DNA of 54,841 nt, the filler included, from Asterionella formosa (Eukaryota): assembly GCA_002256025.1 (NCBI GenBank). It is 5 parts of 5 records of this genome, joined end to end, with 100 filler letters (N's around TTAATTAATTAA, not from the genome) between each part and the next. Parts side by side here need not be neighbours in the genome. Positions count along the whole stretch, not along the records: positions 1 to 10,894 come from NKIB01009033.1; positions 10,995 to 21,889 come from NKIB01009043.1; 3 more parts are not named here. One strand, 5' to 3'. The notes beneath the pieces are model-generated. The model was given only the letters and a program-made list of their open reading frames with translations, ran no database searches and was not told the origin of the DNA. The position numbers and the translations under genes are program-made. Every line of letters begins with the position of its first letter. Positions within the stretch are counted from its first letter, which is position 1. Below are positions 1 through 11,399 of this stretch, piece by piece.

Positions 1-29
1 AAATCAACTCGGTGAGTAGTATGAGTACG

Positions 30-680
30 GAGTACAATTTACGATTTTAATATTCTGTTGACAATCTTAGTAGTTTCACTTGTGTGTTTTCTAAAAGAGT
101 GAGCTTAAACTAAATGTAATTTTGAAATGTAGTTTCGATTGAAACATGGCAACTCCTACATGTTTCTGAAATGAATTTGTTCTTTGTTCCTTGGAGGCGA
201 GGTTCTTCGTAGTTCCTACAGCTGTAGCGAAGTAGATTACATCCTCTTTCTTGTAACATATATATCTATTTAGCCTAGATAGATTCTAGGACATAGATGT
301 TCCTCTACTGAGATACTTTTCAGGTATCTGCAATATGATGATTGGATTGTTCCTCAATCCTTTAATAGGATGATTCGATTGTTCTTCAATGCTTTAGACA
401 GAACTGATATGTCTCTCCAATCATTCGTAGTTTAGGGTTTACCAAGTTTGTTTGGTAAACATAGGGAAAACTTGATAGAATTCGCCCTTCAACATTGTTC
501 TTTATCAAATGTCTGAAGGTTATAAAGCTTGGTATTGAATTGTGCGTTGTTCCATAAAACACAACGACTAGTAGGGAAATGTTGTCTTCACGCAAAGCGG
601 AGACCTAACTGGGAATCAGGAATCAAGAATTCTTCTGTGTTTCAACTTATGACTGCTAATAAGACTACAACAATACTATC
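30..680. repeat. Dispersed repeat, family D copy 1 (unclassified, probably decayed TE)
   Basis: GAGTGAGCTTAAACTAAATGTA..TTTGAAATGTAGTTTC.ATTGAAACATGGCAACTCC (97-157) recurs at 38235-38294. Similarity continues to ~38497 and resumes at ~39230-39650 (e.g. GGGAATCA.GAATCA..., GTGTTTCAACT). Confidence 0.85.
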
Positions 681-730
681 ATATGACAAAAGGGCTTGCA
701 AAATTGGTGTGAGGGTAGAATTTGAATTAT

Positions 731-1081
731 AGACGCCATTATATCAATCATTGATTGCACCAGCGGTGCTTTCATGTTGCGCTGTGTTGCTGATGTTGAT
801 TTTCCATCCACAAAATAAATTATATAGTTGGTGCTGGCATGTCTACAGTTATTTTTATCAGTGGCAACAGATTTGATACACAGCGATCAACGGCCGTATC
901 ACTGATACAGCATTGGTCAGGGGTCCAAAAACTGTATCAGTGATACACCCATGATACACCAGAGATCAGACCAAAAAAACCGTTGGTGAAACTAAAAAAC
1001 CCCAAATCGACATTTTTGTATCATATTTCGGAGAGGATACACCAATGACGACCAATGACAGAATGATAAGAACGGCCCTTA
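731..1081. mobile_element. Possible decayed PIF/Harbinger (Tourist-like) MITE
   Basis: Right end ...GAACGGCCC|TTA (1078/1079-81) resembles a GGGCC terminus with a TWA target site. There is only a weak left-end match near 731. Internal GATACAC repeats and an inverted pair ATCACTGATACAG/CTGTATCAGTGAT (898-910/932-944). Confidence 0.3.
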
Positions 1082-1449
1082 GTTATCCTTCGTCTTCATC
1101 GAAAAATATGTGAGAAGATTCCGAAGTTACGTTGACTCAATTACTGACTCATCTGACTGCCTTTTCTGCAAATGTTCCTTTATTCCTCTTCTGATTCTTT
1201 GTTGAGGTTGATTTGTCGTGCCAACTAATCTAGACTCATAGTTGGTTTTTTAATTTGGTTCTACTAAGTAGCTCGGGTAGTTCCTTTCCTACGGGTTTCC
1301 CATACCTGCAGTCGAGTTTTGCACATTAGCTAGCCGACCAATTTCTCTCTGTGGCTTGTTTCCTTGTGTAATATGGGCCATGGCATGTGCTCCTCGCCCT
1401 ACCATTGTCGATTGAGAAATAAATGCTGGTGGGAGGGTTATTGCCGGCT

Positions 1450-1675
1450 GGTCAGGTGGGTGAAAGAAGTTTGGGATGGTGATCATTTGTTGGCTTACTG
1501 ACTTTGTAAATTCTGCCACCTGCTTTCGCATGTAAGTGAGAAAAGCGTCGGATTTCCATCGCCCAATGAGCATGACCATGTAATTTGGTACACATGACAA
1601 AGTCATGGCCATTGCGGCGGCGCTGCGGATGGAATGGAGGCCAATGGTCTTGGGTTTGTGGCCCATGGTGTGCCA
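1450..1675 (-). mobile_element. Tyrosine recombinase C-terminal fragment (DIRS/Ngaro- or Crypton-type element remnant)
   Basis: IGLHSIRSAAAMAM...LIGRWKSDAFLTYMRKQ carries the HxxR, GRWxS and catalytic Tyr box-II motifs. The N-terminal Arg box is absent. Confidence 0.8.
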
Positions 1676-2994
1676 GTATGAAAAACATTGAAATCGATAA
1701 TTAATAGTTGTTGGATTCATTTGAAGGACGAAGGTTCTACGAATGAGAAAAAATTGTTGATTAATCGATGATAAAACTGGCAATCAATTGGAATTGAATT
1801 TACCGCGAAACAAAGAATTCATGGGATTCTCACAAAATAATAAAACTAACATTTAGATGGCTTTTCGCAATGCATATTAATCAAAAGTTTAAGTCTTAGC
1901 ACAACAACAACTAGTAGGTAATAAGCTACAAGGATACACACTGAATTCATCTGCTCCCTTGCTCTATTAGTTACCTTTGTCAACAACCATCATAAATATA
2001 TTTAAGTGATGAAGCAACAAAAAGAGAAGAAGTATGGAAGGAGCAGCTAAAGGAGACGGTTGGCATCCCAGATGGGTATTTCTGGTAGTAACATAGGTCC
2101 ATGAAGAACAGCTAACNNNNNNNNNNNNNNNNNNNNNNNNNNNNNNNNNNNNNNNNNNNNNNNNNNNNNNNNNNNNNNNNNNNNNNNNNNNNNNNNNNNN
2201 NNNNNNNNNNNNNNNNNNNNNNNNNNNNNNNNNNNNNNNNNNNNNNNNNNNNNNNNNNNNNNNNNNNNNNNNNNNNNNNNNNNNNNNNNNNNNNNNNNNN
2301 NNNNNNNNNNNNNNNNNNNNNNNNNNNNNNNNNNNNNNNNNNNNNNNNNNNNNNNNNNNNNNNNNNNNNNNNNNNNNNNNNNNNNNNNNNNNNNNNNNNN
2401 NNNNNNNNNNNNNNNNNNNNNNNNNNNNNNNNNNNNNNNNNNNNNNNNNNNNNNNNNNNNNNNNNNNNNNNNNNNNNNNNNNNNNNNNNNNNNNNNNNNN
2501 NNNNNNNNNNNNNNNNNNNNNNNNNNNNNNNNNNNNNNNNNNNNNNNNNNNNNNNNNNNNNNNNNNNNNNNNNNNNNNNNNNNNNNNNNNNNNNNNNNNN
2601 NNNNNNNNNNNNNNNNNNNNNNNNNNNNNNNNNNNNNNNNNNNNNNNNNNNNNNNNNNNNNNNNNNNNNNNNNNNNNNNNNNNNNNNNNNNNNNNNNNNN
2701 NNNNNNNNNNNNNNNNNNNNNNNNNNNNNNNNNNNNNNNNNNNNNNNNNNNNNNNNNNNNNNNNNNNNNNNNNNNNNNNNNNNNNNNNNNNNNNNNNNNN
2801 NNNNNNNNNNNNNNNNNNNNNNNNNNNNNNNNNNNNNNNNNNNNNNNNNNNNNNNNNNNNNNNNNNNNNNNNNNNNNNNNNNNNNNNNNNNNNNNNNNNN
2901 NNNNNNNNNNNNNNNNNNNNNNNNNNNNNNNNNNNNNNNNNNNNNNNNNNNNNNNNNNNNNNNNNNNNNNNNNNNNNNNNAAAAATCTACTCTA

Positions 2995-4354
2995 TTATAG
3001 GTCGGGTCCCAACTCCAAGGCACCTTCATAATCCTTCAAAAACTCAACAATGCTGTGGTCTTCAGCATGGTATTGTATTGCAAGAGCCAAAGGGCTATAC
3101 CCTTCCCCGTGATTCGATATTTCATTCACATCTGCACCTGCTTCCAGGAAGAACTTGACGACTTCAGAGTGGCCCGCCCGTACTGCTTCATGAATTGGAT
3201 GCCAACCATTATCGTCCGGCTCATGGAGGGCCGTTGGATTTTGAATTGCAATATCCCTGATGGTACTCAAATCTCCATTGATAGCGGCGGTGTGAACATC
3301 AGAATGCAAGAGTTGCCAGCCTCGTGGATTGTTCTCGCGCCATTCTGTCTCCCAGTCACTCCCAGGAATAATATATGGTGGCAAACCATGCTCAATGGCA
3401 TCATGGCCGTCTTGGTCAATCATGATATCACTTAGACTTGCTTCAGGAGGAAATGCTAAAGCTCCAATGGGTTCGAAATGAACAAATATATTGGCGTAAA
3501 ATTTTCCGTTCATTGGAAATGGTCGACCTGATGTTAAGTCGAGTGAGGTTGTCCAGCACAGGTAACAACAACAACCAAGCACGTCTATTTATGAACCTAC
3601 CATGAATAATCGAATGTGACTCATAGAGGACCATGTCTCCAGGTTTCATCGAAATGTTGTAGGGCTTTCCATCATGACCCCATACTTCTAGTGGCCAATC
3701 CTCGTCAACATCTTGATCCACATTGATAATAGCAGATGTGACAAGTGGGTTCCGATCGACATGGGGAGTCAAAATAGAATTGTTGTGATAAATACGTATA
3801 CCCCACAAACTACATGGTGCCAGGTGCTGACCGGTCCACTCTTCCATTACTTTGCGTGAGGACTCCCAAATCTGGGACTGCAAATGTTCCCCTCCACCAG
3901 GAATTTTTTCATCCTGTACGCTCACAAGTTCAGGAGGAGCTGCCCACATATTGTGATACGGATTGAGCGCCTTCCACTCGGTTTTAGCCAAATGCTTATT
4001 TTCTTCCCAAAACTTTGCTATCAGCGAAAATACTGCTTCAGGAGCTCGGATCTTGGCAAAGCCGAGTTCAGTATAGTTTCGCATTCCAGCCGGCTGAAGA
4101 CGATTCATATGGATGCGTTGCTTTTCTCCATCATCGCATACAAACACGGCCTTTTTCTCTCCAGCAGCATGTCGACATTGGTCCATGAAGTCATCGTAGA
4201 AAGCTTGCTTGTTTCCAAAAACGCCGGAAAGCTGGTCGGACATGATCGCCCAGGAATTGTCGAAATCGTAAATTTCTTGACCCAACGAATTTATTTCTGC
4301 ATAGCAAGAATGAGCGACAACGAGCAGGTAATAATAGAAAAGTAAATTCATCAT
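2995..4354 (-). CDS. Secreted/ER 2OG-Fe(II) dioxygenase-like (prolyl-hydroxylase-like fold) protein with C-terminal ankyrin repeats, paralog A (~428 aa)
   Basis: Exons 4354-3601 and 3527-2995. GT-AG intron 3600-3528 restores HG|RPFP. Signal peptide MMNLLFYYYLLVVAHSCYA, HVD...H facial triad (PHVDR...IIHGR), ankyrin motifs GWHPIHEAVRAGH and GYSPLALA, C-terminal GPDL. Confidence 0.85.
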
Positions 4355-4936
4355 CAGGGAGTTGTAGCGCTTATTCTTGAAGAGGAACGGTGATTTGAGG
4401 TACAGGTAGTCCTGTAATGACAGTCACGAATGCAAAAATCGAAAAACGATCGTTATATCTCGCTCTGAAATATTTGGGTCCTCCTGTTCAAGCAATTTAT
4501 GAAACGTATCTCAAAGAGAACTATCCGGACACTTATGGCGAAATAAGGAATGATGGAAAGCCGAGGATTTGTGGAATTACTTTTGAAAGGATGATTACCG
4601 GTAATTCATGCAACTGAGCACAACAGCATACATTAAAATTATCATGGATGCGCACTACCGGTACCGGTACCGGTATTACCGGTATCAGGATTGAAATTTC
4701 AATCTACGAACGGGCTCACTATATTAACTACGAGAGGAGAATTATGTTGAAATTTATGGCTCTTCTTCCTTCATAGCGTGCTCCAGACACTCCAGTACTG
4801 CGCTGGAATGACCGGTCAACATCTTTCTCGCGCCGCTTGTTTCCATTTGATTCTGCTACGAGGTACTGGTATACCGGTATGGCTGGATGCATCATGAAAC
4901 TACAGTGGGTTGCCATCGTAGCTACCAGCACAAAAT

Positions 4937-5050
4937 GGGGCCCTCGGCTTTACCCTAGTTTGGAGAAAATGTCGCTAGGGTTGTAAAAGGCATGGAACAG
5001 GGAGTTTGTTGCCATGAATTCCCATGATTCGAGTATCCATGAAAGTTCGA
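4937..5050 (+). repeat. Isolated 'A-end' fragment of the TTAA/GGTTGC element family
   Basis: GGCCCTCGGCTTTACCCTAGTTTGGAGAAAATGTCGCTAGGGTTGTAAAA matches 23077-23200 (direct) and 24330-24440 (inverted). Confidence 0.85.
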
Positions 5051-5229
5051 AAGTTCTTTCATGATGATTTAATTTAACAAGAAGGAAGGGATGCATCTAA
5101 GCTGCGTATTACGTGAAGTGACAATCAAGTAAATAAGCCTAGTTGATTTTGAATGGATCACATGAATTAGTTGAATACATCAAAATAATAAAATTCATAT
5201 CACCATCATCATTATCGTTATCTTCAAAA

Positions 5230-5740
5230 TGGATTTTGACATTGATAACGTACCCATTCTGATGGTCAAATTCTAGGCTTGATGGCAAGCAATTATGGGC
5301 ACAGCTGTACCCATCATTGCTGTTGCGGATCAACATGGGCGCAGCTGTACCCATCATCGCTGTTGCGGATCAACAGTGAAAGTTGGATACGTAGTCTTTT
5401 TTCATTGGTGTACAGTGCTGGACGAGTTCCTACAAAAATGCGAGGACGCAATCCAGGTGACGATGGACTGTGGCCTCTATCCAGAAGGTCAAAGGTGTGC
5501 AGAGTTGGATATCTTTCCAGGAGAATTCGAGGCGACGAAATATGCTCTTCGTACTGCAGTAGTCATTTAACTGCTCAAAGATTCTAAGGAGCCAAAAAAA
5601 GAATGAATATAAGAGGTTATGGAGTTGCGCCATTCACGTTTATTGATGAAATCGTCAAGATTGGAGATGCTGTTAAGGAGGAGGAGGTCACCAGAATAGA
5701 TGATCACTTGTTAGATTATAGCAATTCTACTGCTATGTAG
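5230..5740 (+). pseudogene. Decayed small Cys/His ORF (GRSCxxHxCCG...EDAI...CRVGYL; HIRAN-like) disrupted by a 40-bp tandem duplication
   Basis: Frames 5295-5570 and 5279-5587 together give HGRSCTHHRCCGSTVKVG...EDAIQV...KVCRVGYLSR. The 40-bp duplication is at 5295-5334/5335-5374. Confidence 0.35.
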
Positions 5741-5799
5741 AAAAAATAGACTTGCTATTTAGTTGAAGTTCTAAATTACAAATAGATGCACTTCGAGTA

Positions 5800-7432
5800 C
5801 CCATCACACAAGATTTATATGTATTAAAGAATTAAAAAGGAGCAGCAATCCCACCCAATCTGAAGCTGCCTTCCCCATGTGAGGTATATTATAGCTATTA
5901 TCATCATTCACCAAAATGATTTCCTCCGTGCAACGCTGTAATGTAAAGAAAGAAAAATTCAATAGTTTGGGATCAAACAAATTGAATGCTGCCTGCACTG
6001 CCTCTATCAAACGGTCAATATCGATGTTTGATTCCTCCAGGGACTCCCATTGAACAGGACTGCAATGCCCTGAAAAACGATAGATAATTTATATTTGAAT
6101 CCGGACTGTTTGCTGGTTGCTTTGCCAATTGAATATCCCAGCCTTCAGCTCTTGCTGCAGCTAGATAAGGAGCGTAATTGGAACCGAAATGTGTGGATGC
6201 ATTCTCATGCTGTAGATATATCCGTTTGCTGTCATCGGGCCACTTCTCTTTGATCACTGGTAAAACATTGTTCATGATCATGTCAGGATGTGTATGCTTG
6301 GTAACTGGGAGGGATTTTGTGTCCATGGTCCCTGCTGGTCGATAAGTGGAAGTCCTTTGGGCTGCCACTTGGTGAACAAATGGCCAAATAGCAATTTCAC
6401 CATCAAACACACACATTTTGTTGCCGTCGAAACGCGGACGAGTTACTGCAGATAGGAATATTACCTTTTCGATATGATCTTGGTTTATGTCTTGCTTGGT
6501 CGCCTTGTGGGGGCCTCCTCTCCTTGAGCCAGATATATCTTCAACTTTTTCTCTGCAATAAATAACCACTTTTCATCTATATGGACCTGGTCATAGTAGA
6601 AGTCATCATAATATCCAAACAGTCCTGGGTCGAAGTCAATGTCAGGAGAAGGGTTCTTGATCTGGATGGTATAATTATAAATAGTTGACACAATCATAAA
6701 ACGACTGATCTTACCCTGCTCCAAAAGCTTCGACTTCAGCGCGCTTAAGTGCGGTTGTAATACATGCCCTCTTTTATCAAAAACTGTTAACTTGGGAAAG
6801 GCAAGCGCAGCTGGTTATTTACGATATGTAGCTACTACACTTGCGATATGGGATATCTGCGATCGCTGTTATTATTTCCTCACAATTATATTTGTGAGGA
6901 CGCCCAGCCAAGAATTTGCGGGAAGGCGATGCAAACACGTCAGTATCACCATTATAACAGGATTCAAGCACGCGGTGCCAAATATGTTGGATAGTTGTTT
7001 TATCAACTTTGAACTGGCCTGCCAAATTTTCACGGTTCCATGCACTAAAACGAGCTGACTACAAATTTGTCATCTCCATCAGGTCCTCTTTTGAGGTTCC
7101 ATAAACTATAATCCAACACAAGTTGACGGTCTTCTGGTGTTAGATCCTTTCTCATACGCTTGTTGAGACGAGATGTCAGCAAAAAAGTGAGGGGAGGGGG
7201 GAGGCATCTTGATTTTGCTGGAGATGCGCAACAGTGGAAATCGGAAAAGCCCAAAAACTTTTTTCTAATGAAGTTGCCAATTTTTTAAAAATATAAAAAT
7301 ATATGCACATGATTGTGTAGTTTGGAGCAAGCCGCACAATAGGGCAATTGAGCTGGAGAAAATCGTCGCATTTAAAATAGTCCCGGAGAAATTTGAAGAA
7401 TCATCGATGCAACTATTTTCGGCCCGAGGGAG
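5800..7432 (-). mobile_element. Degenerate Tc1/mariner transposon, plant/oomycete-type DD39D transposase pseudogene
   Basis: Frameshifted pieces: N-terminal HTH (MRKDLTPEDRQ...AGQFKVDKTTIQHIWHR, ATG 7155), VHIDEKW, KVIFLSAVTRPR, IWPFV, LQHENA...QPANSPDSNINYLSFFRALQS, with 39 residues between the mutated 2nd and 3rd catalytic positions. A CTCCCTC-type terminus lies at 7432 on the minus strand. Confidence 0.9.
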
Positions 7433-7655
7433 TTCCTGGTACCAGGTACCAGGTACCTGGTACTGAGTACTTGGATCCGAGTACCGGTATCTACCAGTTA
7501 CCTCGCACCCCTGGTACCTGGTACCAGGGCACCGGATGATGTAGCTTGCGCCGCTACTACCGGTACCTACGATAAAGTTGGGTACCAGATACAAGGTACT
7601 GGTGGTACCTGATCAACCGGACCGAGTACCTTGTAATGGTATACCGGTACCGGAA
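7433..7655. repeat. GGTACC/CCAGGTA/TACCGGTA low-complexity palindromic tract
   Basis: Dense GGTACC, ACCAGGTACC and TACCGGTA units upstream of the DOT1-like gene. Confidence 0.8.
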
Positions 7656-7927
7656 TAGAGGCAGTATCAATGAATGTGCTCGTGATTAACTCTTTCTAAA
7701 CAGCTCTGATAACGGTTAGTTTCCATGTGGGAGGTTTCTGCAATTCGCCAAAAAGGGCGCGAACATCATATCTTAATTAATGAAATGAAATATAGTTATA
7801 ACGATACCAATTGTTGTCATTCACTCGCCGTTCCTCAACCTGTACTTGGCTTACTGTTGCCAATCATCACAAGCCCCATTCCGATCTTATTATTAAAATT
7901 GCGCCATCATATTTTTATTAAATAGGC

Positions 7928-9094
7928 ATGGCTCCAATTCGTTCTCAAACTAAAGGCATTCGTCGTACGGCTGGGACAGAATTTGAAATCGATTCCGCGC
8001 CTTTCACCGCCGACTTGACTCCACGAAAAACTGGACGAAAGAACGAGAAGAATCGGATTGTGACCCCAGCTGCGAAATTTCCAGAACTTTCAGAACTAGA
8101 AACTCCAAGCACCTCCACGCTAACAAGGCTCGACGCTGCAAACAAGAGTCCACAAGAGGGGAGGACGGGTCCAAGACGGTCCCTATTTTATGAAAAGGAA
8201 GAAAGAAAGGTCGTTGACCCGAACAAAGTTCAAGTTCATGATTCCAAAGCAAAGAAAAAGCTTCAGTTTGGATATCCTCCCATAGAGACGCAACCGAATG
8301 TCAAGGAAATCTACACGATTGTCCGGAAGCTCACTGGGTCGATTGGAGGCAACGGGTCAAGTGGGGCAATCTATGGCGAATTGACGATGGGATCGATGCA
8401 GAAGATAGTGAACTTGATGAAGCAATACACTGAGTTTGATTGCAATAGTCGTTTCATCGATGTTGGATCTGGAATTGGCAAGCCAAACCTCCATGTTTCC
8501 CAGGATCCCGGCGTAGCATTTAGCTTTGGAATCGAGATGGAACGGAGTCGATGGATGTTGGGGATGACCAATTTGAAGGCCGTGATCAATGCTGCACGAA
8601 ATCAAATGCAATCTGACCACGAAATTTCAGTTCAAATGCGTCTTGGACATAAATGCTTCTTTTCTCATGCTAATATCATGGATGCGCGTTCCTTTGATCC
8701 CTTCACGCATGTATATATGTTCAGCATTGGGTTTCCTCCTGCACTGTGGGAAAAGCTCGCTGATATTTTTAATAATAGCACTTCTCCGTACCTCATCTGC
8801 TACCACAACCCCAAACATATTATCGAGAAGTACGCATTTGATGTGGAGTTGCTGACTCAAGCACCGACCTCCATGCATGGTTCGAACGAAGGCCACACGG
8901 GGTACTTGTATCGACGCATCCAAGCTGAAAAGATGGAATGGATGACCACAGCATGTGACCCTCTGTTTGAGTCGCCTTGGAAAATAGTAAAAGGTGGCGT
9001 TGGTCGACTTGAAGAAGCTGTTTCAGGCTTGATACAAGAGTACGTCACGGGAGGTCGGGTAACACGATCCAGGGGCATGCAGCATTGCGCATAG
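7928..9094 (+). CDS. DOT1: DOT1-like histone H3K79 methyltransferase (388 aa, intronless)
   Basis: GAIYGELT..SMQKIV (DOT1 YGE motif), FIDVGSGIGKP (SAM motif I), FGIEME (post-I), and a basic disordered N-terminus. Confidence 0.85.
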   Translation: MAPIRSQTKGIRRTAGTEFEIDSAPFTADLTPRKTGRKNEKNRIVTPAAKFPELSELETPSTSTLTRLDAANKSPQEGRTGPRRSLFYEKEERKVVDPNKVQVHDSKAKKKLQFGYPPIETQPNVKEIYTIVRKLTGSIGGNGSSGAIYGELTMGSMQKIVNLMKQYTEFDCNSRFIDVGSGIGKPNLHVSQDPGVAFSFGIEMERSRWMLGMTNLKAVINAARNQMQSDHEISVQMRLGHKCFFSHANIMDARSFDPFTHVYMFSIGFPPALWEKLADIFNNSTSPYLICYHNPKHIIEKYAFDVELLTQAPTSMHGSNEGHTGYLYRRIQAEKMEWMTTACDPLFESPWKIVKGGVGRLEEAVSGLIQEYVTGGRVTRSRGMQHCA

Positions 9095-9404
9095 GGAGAC
9101 ACAGATTTTCAAAATTGCTATCGATAAAATGAATTGTGAATTGATAGAGTCAGTAGATAAAAATTAAAAATGTGTTATCCCAAGTTTCGCCGGCTATTTC
9201 ATGTCGATGCTGAAGATTGTGCTAGAAAGGAGGCATTCGATTTCGATGAATAATGACAGGATCTAAGGGCTTGTCTTCTCCTGGAATTAAAAGATCCTTC
9301 AATGCAGATCACACTATGTAAGGGCATTGCCCGCTACTCAAAAACTAGGGTACTATCAAATGCGGCAGAGCATTGACCAGTTCACATTCTATAATCTTTC
9401 CCAG

Positions 9405-10786
9405 CTATAGTTCTGGACCCAACTCTAAAGCTCCAAAACTCTGCAGAAAATCAATGATTTTGTGATCTTCGTCATGGAATTGTTTGGCAAGCGTCAAAAG
9501 GCTATATCCTTTTCCATGGTTAGTCATTTCATTCACATCAGCCCCGCCATCTACTAAGAGCTTGACGATTTCAAAGTGACCCGCTCTCACAGCTTCATGA
9601 ATTGGATGCCAACCATTTTCATCGGGCTCATGCAGAGCTCCTGGATTTTGAATTGCAATATTTTTAATGATCCTCAAATCTCCCGTCCTAGCGGCGGTGT
9701 GAACATCAGAATGCAAGAGTTGCCAGCCTCGTGGATTATTCTTGCGCCATTCTGTCGCCCATACACTACCTGGAATGATATACGGAGGTAGCCCTTGCGC
9801 AATAGCGTCTTGACCTTGTATATCCATTCTAACCTTGGAAAGTTCTGTTTCAGGCGAAAAAGCCAAAGCACCAACGGGTTCGAAATGAATAAAGATATTG
9901 GCGTAAAACTTTCCGCGCATTGGGACCGGTCGGCCTGAAATACGAACATTGCGAACGGGAGGTGAGTATAGGTATATGATTGTATCAGAACTAATATCAC
10001 GCTCACATAAATACAACTATGGGTACATATCTACGTACCATGAAGTAGAGAATGCGATTCATACAGAACCATGTCTCCAGGTTTCATCGAAATGTTGTAG
10101 GGCTTGCCATCATGCCCCCATACTTCCAGGAGCCAATCCTCGTCAACGTCTTGATCTACATTGATAATAGCAGATGTGACAAGTGGGTTCCGATCGACAT
10201 GGGGAGTCAAAATAGAATTGTTGTGATAAATACGTATACCCCACATGCTACATGGTGCCAGATGCTGACCGGTCCATTCTTCCAAGACTTTGCGTGAGGA
10301 CTCCCAAATCTGGGACTGCAAATGTTCCCCTCCACCAGGAATTTTTTCATCCTGTACGCTCACGAGTTCAGGAGGAGCTGCCCACATATTGTGATATGGA
10401 TTGAGCGCCTTCCACTCGGTCTCAGCCAAATGCTTATTCTCCTCCCAAAACTTTGCTATCAGCGAAAATACTGCTTCGGGAGCTCGGATCTTGGCAAAGC
10501 CGAGTTCAGTATAGTTTCGCATTCCAGCCGGCTGAAGACGATTCATATGGATGCGTTGCTTTTCTCCATCATCGCACACAGACTTGGCCTTTTTCTCTCC
10601 AGCAGCATGTCGACATTGGTCCATGAAGTCATCGTAGAGAGCTTGCTTGTTTCCAAAAACGCCGGAAAGCTGATCGGACATGATCGCCCAGGAATTATCG
10701 AAGCTGTAAATTTCTTGGCCAAACGAATTCAACTCTGCCTTACAGCTATGGTTCAATAAGAGCAAGCAAAAAAGTATAATTTTCAT
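9405..10786 (-). CDS. Secreted/ER 2OG-Fe(II) dioxygenase-like + ankyrin protein, paralog B (~425 aa)
   Basis: Exons 10786-10039 and 9934-9405. GTACGT...TTTCAG intron 10038-9935 sits at the same position as in paralog A. Signal peptide MKIILFCLLLLNHSCKA, C-terminal GPEL. Confidence 0.85.
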
Positions 10787-10894
10787 TTGTACTATCGTTT
10801 TTCTTCGCTCTTTCACAAGTTTCTCTTGGTAATAGTTCAAAAAGAAGGGAACGCAAAATTTTAAATACGAACTGAATCCAACAGCAACAAAGGG

Positions 10895-10994
10895 NNNNNN
10901 NNNNNNNNNNNNNNNNNNNNNNNNNNNNNNNNNNNNNNTTAATTAATTAANNNNNNNNNNNNNNNNNNNNNNNNNNNNNNNNNNNNNNNNNNNN
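10895..10994. other. Assembly gap with TTAATTAATTAA linker (also at ~21890-21989, 32882-32981, 43865-43964)
   Basis: An identical 12-mer centred in four 100-nt N blocks. It gives stops in all six frames, so it is a scaffolding artefact. Confidence 0.95.
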
Positions 10995-11399
10995 ATCAAG
11001 GAATAAACCATTATCATAGTCATCGGCATCAAAACAAACTGTTTGAACGAAATCAATGGCTGCTGGCGATTGTTTCAGGAATTTTGCAAGGGGGTCTTGA
11101 GAGTGGTGTCGTCCATCTCTTCGAGAAGTCGCTACCATTGATGATGTCTGCGATGCTTGAATCTGAGATTGAATCATATATTGTTACGTAAAAAAATTGG
11201 GTTGCCTACCACTGGCTAGTAGTACATTTACCTAGTACCGGTAATAACCTACATAACATGAAAACTGGGAATAGGGAGCTTTTTTACCGGTAAGTGTGAG
11301 TTCTTCATGTGATGTGTACAACCGTAAAACTTTGATCTCAGATGGATGACATTAGACACCACAAATATCCTTACTATTCCAGTTCAGGATTATCATAGT

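Noticed and set aside
2112..3029. Long X-filled ORFs (also 40009-40785 and 51690-52466)
   Set aside because: They are artefacts of N gaps. Only the PEX12 flanks are real coding sequence.
5295..5374. 40-bp direct repeat as a CRISPR-like array
   Set aside because: Only two adjacent units, no spacers, no cas genes, and a eukaryotic context.
2995..10786. DOT1 plus flanking 2OG dioxygenases as a histone methyl writer/eraser module
   Set aside because: Both dioxygenases have signal peptides and KDEL-like tails and lack JmjC features, so they are unlikely to be nuclear.
10939..10950. Recurrent TTAATTAATTAA as a biological motif
   Set aside because: It is always centred in 100-nt N blocks, so it is an assembly linker.
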